A program made the position numbers and the translations under genes. From assembly GCF_009914755.1 (NCBI RefSeq), contig NC_060938.1: a DNA stretch of 64,000 nt. The stretch is one strand, 5' to 3'. The notes under the pieces are model-generated. The model was not told where the DNA came from. It was given only the letters and a program-made list of their open reading frames with translations, and did not search any database. This document shows, in pieces, positions 32,396 through 51,114 of the stretch. The DNA is from the human T2T-CHM13v2.0 reference genome, Homo sapiens. The first letter of the stretch is position 1, and every line of letters begins with the position of its first letter.

Positions 32396-34275
32396 TTATA
32401 TCTCAAAGACCTTTCCATAACTGCACATGAAAAGCTTCTTCATTCTTTTCTACAGCTGATTAGTATTTCATTGGGTGAATATTCCATAATGTATTACCAT
32501 TACAAACAATGCCATAATAACCTTGTATCTATGTCATTAAACAGGAGAATAAATAAATCTATAATTCCTGGAAAGAATGAGTCAAAGGGGCATATATTGT
32601 AATTCTGATGGATATTGACAAGTTGCCCTCCACAGAATCTGTACCAATTTACAATCTCATTAGCAAAGCATGAGAGTGTCTGCTTCTGCACACCGACCAA
32701 CAAAGTGAGTTAGCAAACTACCAAGTGTAGTTAGGATTTCCAATTCCCTTATTATGATTTAGGTTGAGCATTTTTCACATGGTAAGCACCACTTCTCATA
32801 GCATTTTAACAACTTAATGTATACTGGAAAAAAATATGCTTTTGATTTTTTTTCTTTCCATCCCATAAGGAGTTGAGCTTTTGATTTTTAACTTTAAAGG
32901 AATGCCCTAAATTATTTTTAATTTTAAAGAATGCCCTAAATTACATAAGAACTACTGGTAAAACAACTTATAATTGGATTCAGAGAGGCAGGAAGTAAGA
33001 AAAGGAGAAAGAAAAACATAACTTTATTTCCAGAAGTATAAAGTGTGGGAGATGCAGCGCTGTTTCAGTGAGAGAGAATTATGAGCACAGCCTTTTAGGT
33101 TTCCTGAAGTTCTTCAGTGAAATTTAAGCCACTATGCAGAAGAAAAAGCCAATTTTCCTATAGTATAGCTTTTATTATATTAGCCAAATATAAGCCAATT
33201 CTGAAAGTATTCCTAGAAGAGATCAGAGAAATCAGGCCAGACTTTGCAAATTTAGATGGTATGTGGGGAAATGTTTTTTATTTTTAAAAATATGTATTCT
33301 AGTATATATTAAGAAAAATGGATATATCAAACTAGTAATATCGTAGGTATTATTTAGAATGAAACTTTTAAGTGTCAATCAAAATGTCAATTAAATGTCA
33401 ATGTCAAGAAAAAATAGTAAATAACTAATACTGTAACGGTATTCTCCAGTGTGGCAAAGTCATTACCATGGTTCCTCAGTGGCCGAAATCTCGGAAACAA
33501 TGAACGGAGGAGGAAAAATGGAAGCTTAACAATAACTTAATTTATCATTGATGGCCACTAAAGCAAAGGTGAGAGAGAAAAAAGGAACTTCCTTAAAATA
33601 ACTTATTTTATATTTGACAACTTTTTAAATGTGCATTTTCTTTCTACATTACCAAAGGGTCTGGTTTCAGACATTCTGATCATGCTAGGGATTCAAACTT
33701 ACTGTGTACTTCGTACTTTCCCTACAAGGAGAACCAAAAAGCAGGTTTTTTTCAAAAGCATTTGAATATCAGGTCAGGGTTCTTTAGAACAGGCCTCAGA
33801 GGATTTCCCCCTCAGTAAACAGGCTGCAAAGAGATAATTAGCCTGTCATTTTAGATTCCAGTGCAGAAGAACTAAAAGCAGGCTATGTGGTTACAGACTC
33901 AAGAGGCTTAAACGAAAACAAATTAAGTGAGTTTATGTTCCAACCAAATCTAGTGACCATGTGATCCAATTTCTCTTCAGCCCTTGAGTGGGACATGCTC
34001 CTGAGAGGTCACTCAGATTGTGCACCTTTGGTTATACTGTTTAGACTGAATCACGACATGAATAATCAACTATCTGACTAATCGACTATCTGGACACTAA
34101 AAACACAACCACTGTAAGAAAAAGAAAGCCACAGGCAGACAAAATGTTAACATTTTGACATAAAACCACAATAGAAAACTAAAAAACATCAAGGCTGTTT
34201 GTCATTGACTCCCTATTATTCTTACCATTCAACATGGTAGCCACCAAATTTTGAATTTTAATTCATGCACATTGA

Positions 34276-34468
<193 letters not shown>

Positions 34469-35066
34469 TAGCTGGGACAGATATGAAATATTTTCATCAC
34501 TGCAAAAAGACTTATTGTAATATTCTAACTTCTACCTTAGAACCATGAACAAGTTTACCTGACCTGTTTCCATCCTCAACATCTAAATGTATTGATAGCT
34601 CTGGGGGACATACACACCAAACTAAGTTCTACTGCTGACTTCAGGATCACAATAGAGTTTTATTTTCCTTTAAACTTAAAAAAAAAACAAAAACAAAAAC
34701 AAAAAAACCTGCCTTTAAGTGATGCAACAAGTATGCCTCAGATAGTTTCATAATTAAAGAATGATTTATCTCTCCTCTGGGGAACTGAAGAACCCAGGTG
34801 CCTCAAATAAAAGACTATTAAAAACAATTACAATGCATAAAACAATAAGAACACCATGACCACTGGAGAGCTTAGTTCATAAGAACATAAATCCTTTCCT
34901 TCCTTTTCACCAAAACCTCAGCTAACAAACATGAAGACACTCAATAGGTATTCTCTGCAGAGAACACTTTTAAAAAACAAGTTATGGTTATTCTGGATAA
35001 TGACACATTCCTGCTTTGAAGGAATAAGATACACCAAAAAACCAAAACCCTTAACTCAACAATACC

Positions 35067-35472
35067 TGATATGGCTTGGATGTTTGTCCCCTCCAAATCT
35101 CACGCTGAAATGTGATTTCCAATGTTAGAGGTGAGGTCTGGTGGGAGGTGACTGGATCGTGGAGATGAATCCCTCATGAATGATTTGGCATCATCCTCTT
35201 GATGATAAGTGAGTTCTCACTCAGTTAGTTCACCTGAGATATGGTTGTTTAAAAGAGTCTGGGACCTCCTCCCGTCTCTCTCTCTCTCACTCCCAACTCT
35301 CGCCATGTGACATACCTGCTCCCCCTTTCAGTATGATTCTAAGCTTCTTGAGGCCCTCACCAGAAACAGATACCAACACCACACTTCCTGTACACCCTGC
35401 AATACCATGAGCCAATTAAAACTCTTTTCTTATAAATTACTCAGTCTCAGGTATTCCAAATGGACTAACAGA
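35067..35472 (+). mobile_element. MaLR solo LTR (MSTB-like)
   Basis: tgatatggcttggatgtttgtcccctccaaatctcac...ccaattaaaactcttttcttataaattactcagtctcaggtatt. 5-bp TSD-like flanks atacc/acacc. Confidence 0.8.
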
Positions 35473-35724
35473 ACACCTGAATATCCAATTCCATTTCTTA
35501 CTGCTGTTTTCTCTCTGAAAGGGTGAGAGAAATCTCATTAAATTTCATTCTTTCTTAGAGCTCTATTGCTTACTCATTGTATCATTTTCTAGAGGAAGAT
35601 GGCAGAAGGATCCAATCAAACGAATTCCAAGTTTAAAGCAGTTTTTTGGGGTTTACGCCCAAGCCTCTGGTCCAGGCCAAATATAGTATTTCCACACTGC
35701 TTTGGAAGCCCAGCTTAACTCTAA

Positions 35725-35940
35725 CACAGCGTTCCCAAAAGCAGCACCACTGACATCTGGAGCCAGATACCTCCTTGTTATGGGGATTGCCCTGTGCCTT
35801 GCAGGATGTTTAGCAAACATCCCTAGCCTATCCTCACTAGATGTCAGCAATAGCTGCCACCAGTTGTGACGAGCAAAAATGTTTCCAAACATTGCCATGC
35901 CCTGGGGATACAAAATCGTACCTGGTTGAAAACCATTGCT
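35725..35940. mobile_element. MER20 DNA transposon (hAT-Charlie)
   Basis: Typical MER20 body: ...caggatgtttagca..catccct..cct...cactagatg.cag...ccagttgtgac...aaaaatgt.tcca.acattgcca...ggttgaaaaccattg. Confidence 0.75.
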
Positions 35941-38310
35941 CTAACCCAAGGAACATTCTTGGTTATCTCAACCCTAATTCTTCACATTCATTAGATGCTC
36001 ATCCAGATCTCTGCATTCAGACTTTCTCTCACCATCAAACTCAGCAAATATTTGCGAAACCTCTAAAACACAACATCAAGGGCTCTAGATAAATAAACAA
36101 GCAAGAGAGATTCCGTTCCTAACTCCAAGCAGGTTTCTTAGTAGATAAAGAATTGTAATAAAAGACGCCCAATTATATAATGTTTTGAATTGTTAATTAT
36201 TTCTCCCTGAAATGGATCTCTCATCTCATCAAACTGAAAACACCTTGAGGACAGAGACCATAACCTGTCTGCGAGTACCAATACTTGATTCATGGCCAAT
36301 AAAAACAAACAATTATAGACTTCATCATAACAAGATGACAATTTCATCCAGACAGTAAAAACTTGCGCTAACTTGAACAGGTAAGTTAACCTTTCTCAGC
36401 TGTAGTTTGTTCCTCTGTAAAATGGGAAGAAAATGATTGTTGACATGACTAAATCAGAAAATATAAATTTTTTTCCACCTCTGGCACAGAATAAGCATTC
36501 AATATCTGTAGGTTATCATTACTATTATTTTATTAGCAACAAATCCTACCTCAAGAGGAAGAGCTTGCTCTGGGCTACTATAATAAACCCCTACATGACA
36601 TTAAAAAAAAAAATTATCACCCTGCATTCTGAGGGTAAGAGGAAGGAAAGTAAGCATCTCTACCAATGTCCTGGGAGGAAGTGAATGCAGGAATGAATTA
36701 GATGTCAGGGGGAAAAAAAAACACACTCATCTATCTAAAACGCGTGGGTACGTTTGCCATAAACACATGAGAACCTAAAGGGGAAGTAAAAACATGCTTA
36801 ATTTGTAAATACTGGCGCATGCAAGGGACAAGTGTTATAAGACTTACCTTTCTGTGTTTACTTGCTTAGTCTTTTAGACATTATGCTTAGAATTTCTACT
36901 GCTATGTTAAATATATGCCAACGATTTTTAATTTAATACAAAGCAGAGTTCGTAAGAAAAAAAGGCAAAATTTGTCAGGTGTTTTAAAGTAAAAGAATAT
37001 AAAATCATGGGAAAGAGCTGGGTGAGTTGTGTGTGTGTTTGAATAAGGCAGCATTATGAGAGGGAAGATACTTGGGATCGGAGTAGAAGACAGAAAAAGG
37101 CACCATGTTGGAAGCCATACATCCAAGAACACCTCTGGCGGCACAGGAAGTTCAACTGAACAAAAAGAGACCTTACTGTCACAATGGTTGAGACGAGTAT
37201 AGTGTGTACCATGGACTATACCCCAAATGCCTTAGACAAAGCAGCTCAAGTAATCCTCACAATAATCCTATGAGGCAGATATTTTTAGTAATCACATTTT
37301 ACAGATGAGGAAACTGACGTTTCAGACTCCAATCCAGGCACCCTGGCTCCACAGTAGTGCCTCAACCATTATACTTTATGGTGTCTATTTTAATTTCAGA
37401 CCTAGAAAATTAATTTATATTTGCTACTTAAATAAGACAAGTTCTCTCCCCTCTACCCTTTCGTATTTCAAAAGAGCATCCTTTCAGTTGCATCGTGTGT
37501 GGTGTTCAGGAGGCTGAAAGAAGAAAGTGTGATGGATGGACTCTTTTGTCTTTGGACACTGAAATAATACACACGGAGGAACTCGCGTTAGTAGAAATGG
37601 AGACGTCGTCCTGGACAAGAAGAGGATGAGGGTCTTGAGAATGAGGGAGGTAGGCCAAATTTTTAATTCCTGCTCTTGCTTTGGCTACTGTGTTCAAGCA
37701 AAAGACCCCAGACACTACCTATTTCAACTCTGCTTTTCATTTTTCCCACTCTAAGCGATGGAGAGGATGGCAGCAAGGCCAGGGGGCCTATGTGCAGGAA
37801 GGCTAGGGCGCAGTGGGCTTCTGGCAGAGGAAGGCAAGGCTGCCAACCCGGGTGGGGGCCGAGAGGCGCGTGGTAAGGCTGGGGCAGGGGACTGAGATGG
37901 GGATAGGGTGGGGAGCCAGAAGCAGGGGGCGGCGAGGCCAGTAGGGTTCGGGTCGGCAGTCTAGATGTGATTAGCAGACGGAGGTGGGACCCGAACCCCG
38001 GCTGAAGCTGAAACTGAAGCTGAAGAGGCGCCAGGGGCAGAGCCACCCTGTCACTACCATTTGGGCAGATCTCAGAAAGGAAGCGGGGCAGGAATCAAGG
38101 CATTTCGAAACAGGAGTGAGTAGAAAATAACCTCGAGCCCAGGGCCCGGGTGGTGGCAGCGGCGGGGAAGGGGCCCCGCGCGCGAAGGGGCTGCCGAGGT
38201 GGGTCCGCTCCGCGGGGAAGCCCAGGACAGAGCGCGGCGGAGGCTCGCGCCGTGGTGCGGGGCCCTGAGGCCGGGCGGCACCCACCCGCCAGCGCCCCGG
38301 CCTTGCGTAC

Positions 38311-38428
38311 CTGAGGCGGCCGCCTGGCTCCCCTCCACTCCCTGGCAGTCCCCGACGCCGCCAGCCGACCCTGGGCGGGCTGTGGGGCTCCAGGAGCCCG
38401 GCCCCTCAGCCGCCTGCAGGTCAGACAT
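38311..38428 (-). CDS. TMED8: TMED8 coding exon 1 (MSDLQAAEGP...SQAAAS)
   Basis: ATG at 38428-38426 inside the CpG island. 118 nt = 39 codons + 1. Donor CAG|GTAC with GT at 38310-38309. Phase fits exon 2. Confidence 0.95.
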
Positions 38429-38726
38429 CTGCAGCCCGCGCACGGAGCTCTCCGCTGCCAGCCGCGAGTGGCTCCGGAAACAGCCGAAGGCCGAGCGAGC
38501 GCCGAGCACAGCCGAGCGCAGCCTGCAGGCCGGAAGAAGCGGCGCGGCGGCCGCTTGAAAAGCTAGCTGACCCAGGGGCGGCCACAGGAGCTCTGGCCCG
38601 CTGAGGCTGGCGATGAGGCCGCAGGGAGGGTTACTGCGTGCTTGTGACAGACGATTTTTAAAGTCAGGGCTTGAAAGAACAAACAAAACCTGGGGAAGAG
38701 TCAGGAAGACACTGCCGGAAATCGTG

Positions 38727-40503
<1,777 letters not shown>

Positions 40504-41754
40504 TGAAATCACATGCTGTCATCCGTCTACTTCTTATTCCTTCTAACTTGGCCTGAGCTCTTACCTCTTTACCGGAAGGAGTATCAAAAAGTCCTAGACT
40601 GTGGTAGAGGTAACTTGGATTTTAATTTTGGCCTTGCCACTGATGTATATTTGTATTTTGGGAGAGGAAGGGAGGGTCACATCGGTTTGTTTTTCCTCTT
40701 CCAGTGATTACACTTCTCTGCAATCCTTGAATAAAAGACCAAGAAGAGTATATAGACCTCCTTTCTTTTTTTTTTTTTGAGACACAATCTCGCTCTTGCC
40801 AAGGTTGGAGTGCAGTGGCACGATCTCGGCTCACTGCAAGCTCCACCTTCCCCAGGTTCACGCCATTCTCCTGCCTCAACCTCCTGAGTAGCTGGGACTG
40901 GGACTACAGGCGCCCGCCACCATGCGCGGCTAATTTTTTGTATTTTTAGTAGAGACGGGGTTTCACTGTGTTAGCCAGGATGGTCTCCATCTCCTGACCT
41001 CGTGATCCGCCAGCCTCAGCCTCCCAAAGTGCTGGGATTACAGGCGTGAGCCACCGTGCCCGGCCTTAGACCTCCTTTCATAGAAAACTGTATTTTTAAG
41101 TAGACTTTGTTCAAGGTAGGCTTTTTGGTACTTTGTCAAGTTATTTTAGTGGCAGCTCCCTTGCTTTGAACTTGTGCTATTACTTTTTAAAGTGTCTGCC
41201 CCAAATATGTCACCTGTATCATGAGCACTTAAGTGTATTAATTCAAGTTAGCCAGTTAACCAAAACTAGTTTTAGTAAAAAGTCAGTGTAAACCTCTTGT
41301 TTCACTGATGCCAACTAGGTTTAAGGCTACCACAAAACAATACAAGATCTGAAACCTTTTGTACCTACTATACTTACAAATGTAATTGAGACATGAAGAA
41401 GCACTGGTTGTACCATGCCCAAAAAAACAGTTAAAGAGCAGTGTAAAATTTAATAAAGAGCTTACATGGAAAAATTGTGCCGTTATTGGGATAGAAAGTA
41501 AATTTAAGCTACTCAGGAGGCTGGGGCAGGAGGACTGCTTGAGTCCAGGAGTTCGAGGCTGCAGTGATCTATGACTGCAGCACTGCACTCCCGCCTGGAT
41601 GACAGAGTGAGACCCTGTCTCTAAAAAAGAAAAAACAAAATAATATTTTTTTCTCAGGGTAGAACAAACACGACTTCTTCCCTTCCTCCCCCTTCCCTCC
41701 CTTTCTTCCTTCTATTTGCAGTACATTTTTTAAGTGATGTCCTTGTTGTATTGA

Positions 41755-41892
<138 letters not shown>

Positions 41893-42859
41893 TAACAGTG
41901 CCACCATCTGTCTCAAACCAACCTTTTTTTCCTCCAGCCTGGCCTCCCACTTCTGTCAATGGTGTCATCATAATTCCAGTTCCTCAGGCTCACGGTGGTT
42001 GCCTCCTCTTTCTCCTTTGATCCCCATAAATATTCCAAGAACTGTCCATTGCTCCTGTGGCACTTACACCGTCTGGCTTTCTTCATTCCCACTTTTCAGA
42101 CCTTATGGCCTCATGCCTAGAACACCACAGTGGCCTCCCGCTTTTAGCCTGTCTCAATGGACCCTTTGGATTCAAGGGCCCTGCTTTTATGCTCTCACTT
42201 TCCACCTACTTATGTACTATTCAAAAACCTTCTTTGGATCCCTTCTGCTTACCAAGATAGTCTCCACTCCCTAGTTTAGAATTTAGGGCCCTCCACAAGT
42301 TCTCTCCCCTACCACTCCTCCACATGAATTTTGTGCTCCAGCCTACCACCAGGTCTAACACCTTCGCAAACCTGCCTGGTGCGTTCTTCTCTCTATGTCT
42401 TCGCTCAGTTCCCCCATCCTCTGTATTACTAATATGAATCTTAATCATCCTTCAAGACCAGTTCCTCATTTGCATCTCCCCAAGAAGTCTTTTGTAACAT
42501 TCCCAGCCCACAGTAGCCCCCATCCCAAGTTCTCATGACATTTTGTGTCTCTGACACCCATTTGGCACTTATATAACACCATATGTATTTTGCCTGCTTT
42601 GCTGCCTAACTTTGAAACAAGCTACATTAACCACTCTGAGCATCAATTTTCTAAAATCTCCAGCACCAACAGTTCATGATTATTCTCCTTTGCATAACAG
42701 TACCCTCCATTTGTAGTGCTTTGCAATTTACAAAGCATCACAAACAATCTCACGTGTAACCTCTCCTTTAGTACCCCACCCCAATAACCCTCCAAGAATG
42801 GACAGTTCTTGGCATAACCATGGTTTTGCTCAGCACACCCATGCCCAGAAATGTACCAC

Positions 42860-43000
42860 CTCAGTGGTTTCCAAACTTGGGTCGTCTTCAGAATCAAATG
42901 AGATTTTTTGAAAAAGATACATTCCTAGGCTTCATCCTCCAGAGATTTTGATTCATTAGGGCTGGGTAGGCCCTGGAATCTCTTCCCTAGATGACTCTTC
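42860..43000. mobile_element. MER5A-like DNA transposon
   Basis: cagtggtttccaaacttgg...cagaatca...ccagagattttgattcattagggctggg.aggccctggaatct. Confidence 0.6.
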
Positions 43001-43377
43001 AACAGGCCTTATAACCCTAAAATTCCATAAGTCATATGGTTTAGAAATAAGAAAACTATGCTTGTTAATACCTGAGTCCTTTTACTAGCAAGAAGATATA
43101 ACGAAACTTTTTAAATTATTAAACATACAGTCCTAACTGAGCGTTTACTTTCTTAAATTCTGCTAATAGCTATGCTTTGCTGAGAGCTTACTGTGTTTGG
43201 GGCCTCTTATATGTATTATTTCACTAATTCCCATTTTATAGAAAACTGGGGCCCAGAAAGGTGAAACAACTTAACAAGCTATTCAGATAATACGTTTTTT
43301 CTGTTTTTTGTCTTTGTTTTTGTTTTTTTTGAGACAGGGTCTCGCTCTGTCACCCAGGCTGGAGTGCAGTGGTGTAA

Positions 43378-43797
<420 letters not shown>

Positions 43798-44070
43798 TAA
43801 TTTTTGTATTTTTAATAGAGACAGGGTTTCATGATATTGGCCAGGCTGGTCTCAAACTCCTGACCTTAAGTGATCTGCCGGCCTTGGCCTCCCAGAAGTG
43901 CTGGGATTATAGGCATGAGCCACCACGCCCGACTTATATTCAGATAACAAGTTTAAGAGCCAGGATTTAAGTCCATCTTGTGTGACTTCCCAATCCATGT
44001 TCTATTTAACTGTATTGCCTAAGTGAACATTTTTGTTACCATAAACTTCCATGTACTATAAACATTATGA

Positions 44071-44496
<426 letters not shown>

Positions 44497-44552
44497 TGAA
44501 CTCTAATTTCTACTTAAGGTATAATGAATTTTCTAGATAAAAATAAGGAACA

Positions 44553-44627
44553 GGCTGCTCTGCCTACGGAGCAGCCATAGTCCTTGACTTTCTTAATAAA
44601 CTTGCTTTCGCTTAAAAAAATAATAAT
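44553..44627 (+). mobile_element. Short polyadenylated MER41-like LTR R-region retrocopy with TSDs
   Basis: ggctgctctgcctacggagcagccat...ctttcttAATAAActtgctttcgctt followed by an A-rich tail. Flanked by the direct repeat aataaggaacag (44542-44553 and 44628-44639). Confidence 0.75.
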
Positions 44628-45352
44628 AATAAGGAACAGAATTAGCAAAATAGTAACCTGTCAAATTCCTGGAACATTTAAGTACCAAGAATTTCAGCTT
44701 TTTATCATGAGAAGGCATTTTTAAGAGTCAGACAATTCATTCAGCTCCCTTGGTATTCTAATTCCAAAAGTACAATATCAACATGCAGTAATAAAAATTC
44801 TAATTATAGTTTTTCTTATCTTGCGAGACACAAGAGGTTTTAAAAATCTTCTGAAATCCTCAAGAGTAAATGACGAATCCAGTGGTCTGTCCTTTTATCT
44901 AAGAAATTTGAATAAGCAAACTTTGAGATACTCATTATCACAGTCACCTCAGACAAATGTGGCCTTCCCTTGAGGTCACTAGAGTAACATAAAGACCAAG
45001 ACATCCAAAGGTTACGTTAGATAAGCTTTGCTTGACACTTAGACCCACATGAAAAAGCTGATTATGGCCAGGTCTGGTGGCTCACGCCTGTAATCCCAGC
45101 ACTTTGGGAGGCCAAGGCAGGTGGATCACCTGAGGTTGGCAGTTCGCCTGGCCAACATGGTGAAACTTCTTCTCTACTAAAAATACAAAATAAAAAAATT
45201 AGCTAGGCATGTTGCATGCCTGTAGTCCTAGCTACTTGGGAGGCTGAAGCAGGCGAATAGCTTGAACCTGGGAGGCGGAGGTTATAGTGAGCCAAGATTG
45301 TGCTCTCCATGAACTGCACTCCAGCCTGGGTGACAGAGCAAGACTCAGTCTC

Positions 45353-45385
<33 letters not shown>

Positions 45386-46325
45386 ATGCTCTAAGACACA
45401 GGGTAACTTCTAGGAGGTCATACATGCTGTAGCTGTCTTCCTTACTGATATACACAGCTTTTAAAATGTCTCCATTGTACTTACAGCACCTAGTTCACCC
45501 ACAATTTATCCCATAACAACAGTTAAATAGTATAGTTATCTTTTTCATGCTGAGTCTCCCATATCATCATTTATGGACTTTTGGGAGAATAGAAGGAAGG
45601 AAGAGCGAGCAGATTGCTTGAGAGTGTGGAATTCTGGACATGCTGCTAAGAATCTGAACAGCATTGCCACTGTGCACCTCCTATACAAGCCTTGCAGTTA
45701 ATTTATGGCCATTTTCTGTTATCTTCTCAGCCCTTCTATGTTTAATTGGAATTCTTCTGTAAGGAATTCTTCTACATTTAATTGTCCCCTTTCTCCCATT
45801 TTTTAATCCATTCAGTCATTGATATTAGTGTGGACTTATGGATATTTATTTTTGGGGTTATAACCCAGTTCTATTGCTATTTATTTTGTTGCTCAAATTG
45901 TGCCATCTTTCACCATTGGGGGCTCTTTTAAATTGGCTCTTGTGGCCTTTTGACATGTCCTCCCTTTTTTTTAAAGCATCTCCTTACCTTCTGGCAATAT
46001 AAGTTGCTTCGGACTCATCTTATATTTTTCCTGCTGCAGCCCCAGAATCAGCCATGTTTCTAAGGAGCCCTGGTTGATTTTATCAGAGGATGGTATTTAG
46101 AAACCAAGACGTGGACACTAGTTGTGCTTGTTGCTACTGAGTGTCACTGCTTCTATGCACTCTTAACAGAAAGATCTAGGAAATAAATGTATATATACTA
46201 ACCCATGTGTACACAAATATCTATCTTATTTCGTATCTATCTGTGTATATACATATGTATTAAAATAAGCATGGGGGCCGGGCGTGGTGGCTCATGCCTG
46301 TAATGCCAGCACTTTGGGAGGCTCA

Positions 46326-47000
<675 letters not shown>

Positions 47001-47151
47001 TAAATATGTTTCCCTATGAAAGACAGATTTACCCAATAGAGTTCAGTGTTTGTGTACAGCTGTTTCTGTCTCTCGCCTTACAGTATCTAGACAAAGCACT
47101 GTTTTCTTAAAGTTACAGGTCAGCACCTTTCTTCCCCACCCCCTTCAGTGA

Positions 47152-47546
<395 letters not shown>

Positions 47547-47902
47547 TAAAAGTTTGCATGCAGTAAAACCATTCTTTGTTGTGTGTAGTTCTGTGGGTTT
47601 TGACAAATGCATGCACTCATGTATCCACCACCAAAGAACCATACAGAACAATTCTGTCACTCTAGAATTTCCCTTTGCAGTCAGCCCATCCCTTTACCGT
47701 AATCCCTAATCTGTTTTTGATGTCACATAAGTGGAATCAAATAATGCACATTCTTTGGGTCCGGCTTCCTTTCCTTAGCAAAATGCATTTAAGATTAATC
47801 CATGTTGTTAGATGAATCAACAAGCAGATGTTAAGGAGACTATACATCTGCTTTAATAATGCTGGTATAGGCTGGCTGCAGTGGCTTGGACCTGTAATCT
47901 CA

Positions 47903-48049
<147 letters not shown>

Positions 48050-48521
48050 TCATATTTTAACCACAACAATTATGTCTTTGTCTTTAGGTTTAGATCATAT
48101 AAATTATAGATTCCAATTATACAAATATGCATAGTTACATACTATGAGGTAATAACCAATACACAATAAATTGGTGATGAAGCAAAACCATCAGTAGTTT
48201 ACAAATAAAAGAACAGCAGCCTTTGAAAACAATGATCAACACAAGTTACAATGATAATATAGTAATAATTGTCTTCTTGAAAACCACAGGCATTGCAGGT
48301 AACTGGTTGAGGCCATGTGAAGTAGGTGTTCTGCCGTGATGCCACGCACTGAGTATAAGCTATCACCTTAGAATGTAGAATTATGAATCCTTAGAAAACT
48401 AATCATCCTCACAAATACCTATTTCCAATAATCCTTACTAACTCAAGTAATTTGCCAGTAAGTTGCTCTAAGTCATAGGCAAAAATAAAGTCTACTGCTT
48501 GTTGTTTGTTCATCAGAACTA

Positions 48522-48701
<180 letters not shown>

Positions 48702-49642
48702 TCAGCATGCTGAGGTGGGAGGATCACTTGAACCCAGGAGGTCAAGGCTGCAGTGAGCTATGATCATGCCACTGCACACCAGCCTGATTGACAGAGCGAG
48801 ACCCTGTCTCAAAAAGAATAATAACTAAAGAAAGAAACTGCAGTTTTAGTTCAATCTTTCACCTGTCAGAGGACTTCTTGTTTCATTGATGAACTTCAGA
48901 CACACTTTTAAAAATCACTGAATAGGAGGAGAGATAGTCAGATTGTATTTATTGATTTCAGTGCTAAGTGTAATGAATTGCTTTTTTTATGAAATTATTA
49001 TTTTTATTAAGAAACCCCTAAGCACCAAGAGCCATAAAAAAAACCCGTATCATTTGCTGTTATAGCCCACAGAGGGAATATGAGTAGATTATATATATAT
49101 ACTCCCTTCCCAAAACAAAGAAAAATTCCAAAAACACATGAATGTGGCTGAGCAGCTGGCTCACACCTGTAATCTTAGCATTTTGGAGGCTGAGGTAGGA
49201 GGATCACTTGAATCCAGGAGTTTGAGACCAGCTGGGGAACATGGCAAAACCCCATCTCTACCAAAAAAAAAGCAGGGTATGTTGTCATGCATCTGTTGTC
49301 CCAGCTACTTGGGAGGCCGAGGCAGGAAGATGGCTTGAGCCTAGGAGTTCAAGGCTGCAGAGAGCTATGATCACACCACTGTACTCCAGCCTGCATGACA
49401 GAGCAAGACCTTCCTGTCTTGATAAATAAATACACACGAATGTGTAGGGAACACTTTTAATTTCTGCATTACAATACTGTGCAAAACAGTAGTGAACCCT
49501 CTCAGCCCACAGTGGGCACACAGCTCTTTTTGTTAATAATGTGTATATGACTGCAGTGTACCTCCTGGGAATACAATCTGTGAACCTTAGGGAATTTGTG
49601 AAATAACCTTTTCTATTCGGGGCATTGGAAAGGAGAATCAGG

Positions 49643-49672
49643 GTACTTGCTTTGGCAGCACATATACTAAAA
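49643..49672 (+). pseudogene. U6 snRNA 5' fragment (nt 1-30), tailless retrocopy
   Basis: gtacttgctttggcagcacatatactaaaa versus U6 GTGCTCGCTTCGGCAGCACATATACTAAAA: 3 transitions, 2 of them at CpG. TSD gagaatcagg at 49633-49642 and 49673-49682. Confidence 0.85.
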
Positions 49673-49744
49673 GAGAATCAGGGTGAGATGCCTACCAAAC
49701 AAGGTGCACACGTAGAAGCATGCATCACAAACAAGAAGTCTTAG

Positions 49745-50312
<568 letters not shown>

Positions 50313-50934
50313 TGATAAAGATCTCAATTAGAATTCTCACTGGACAACTCAGGAGGCTGAGGCAGGAGGATGGCTTGAACCCAGTTGTTCAAGGCTATAG
50401 TACACTATAATTGTGCTTTTGCATATCCACTGCACTCCAGCCTGGGTAACACAGCAAGACCCCATCTCTAAAACAAAACAAAACAAAAAACAAAAACAAA
50501 CAAACAAAAAAAAACAGAATCCTTACTCGGAATGCCAAGGCAACTATACCCATAAATCATCTCTAGAGTCAACAAAACCAGTTCAAGTAAGATCTGAGAA
50601 ACATGGCATCTTGCCTATCTAAAAGGCATTGCTAATGGGCAGTTTTATATCAGGTTTAGCATTGTCTGTGGCACAAATTTTACAGTCTTATAACTCTGAC
50701 CAGTAGCTTTAAATTAAAAAAAAAACAACAAAAAAGTCCATTCCAAATACCCTTTGGCTGTGTTCTAGCAGCAATTCCATGGACTGTCGTCTCATCCAGA
50801 GGCAGAATATGAATTCAAACAGTGGTATTATAACTGACCTAGGATTAAAACTAGAATTTGAAAAGGCAATCACAATTTTTTTTTTTTTTTTTTTTTTGAG
50901 ACAGAGTCTCTCTCTGTCACCTAGGCGGGAGTAG

Positions 50935-51114
<180 letters not shown>

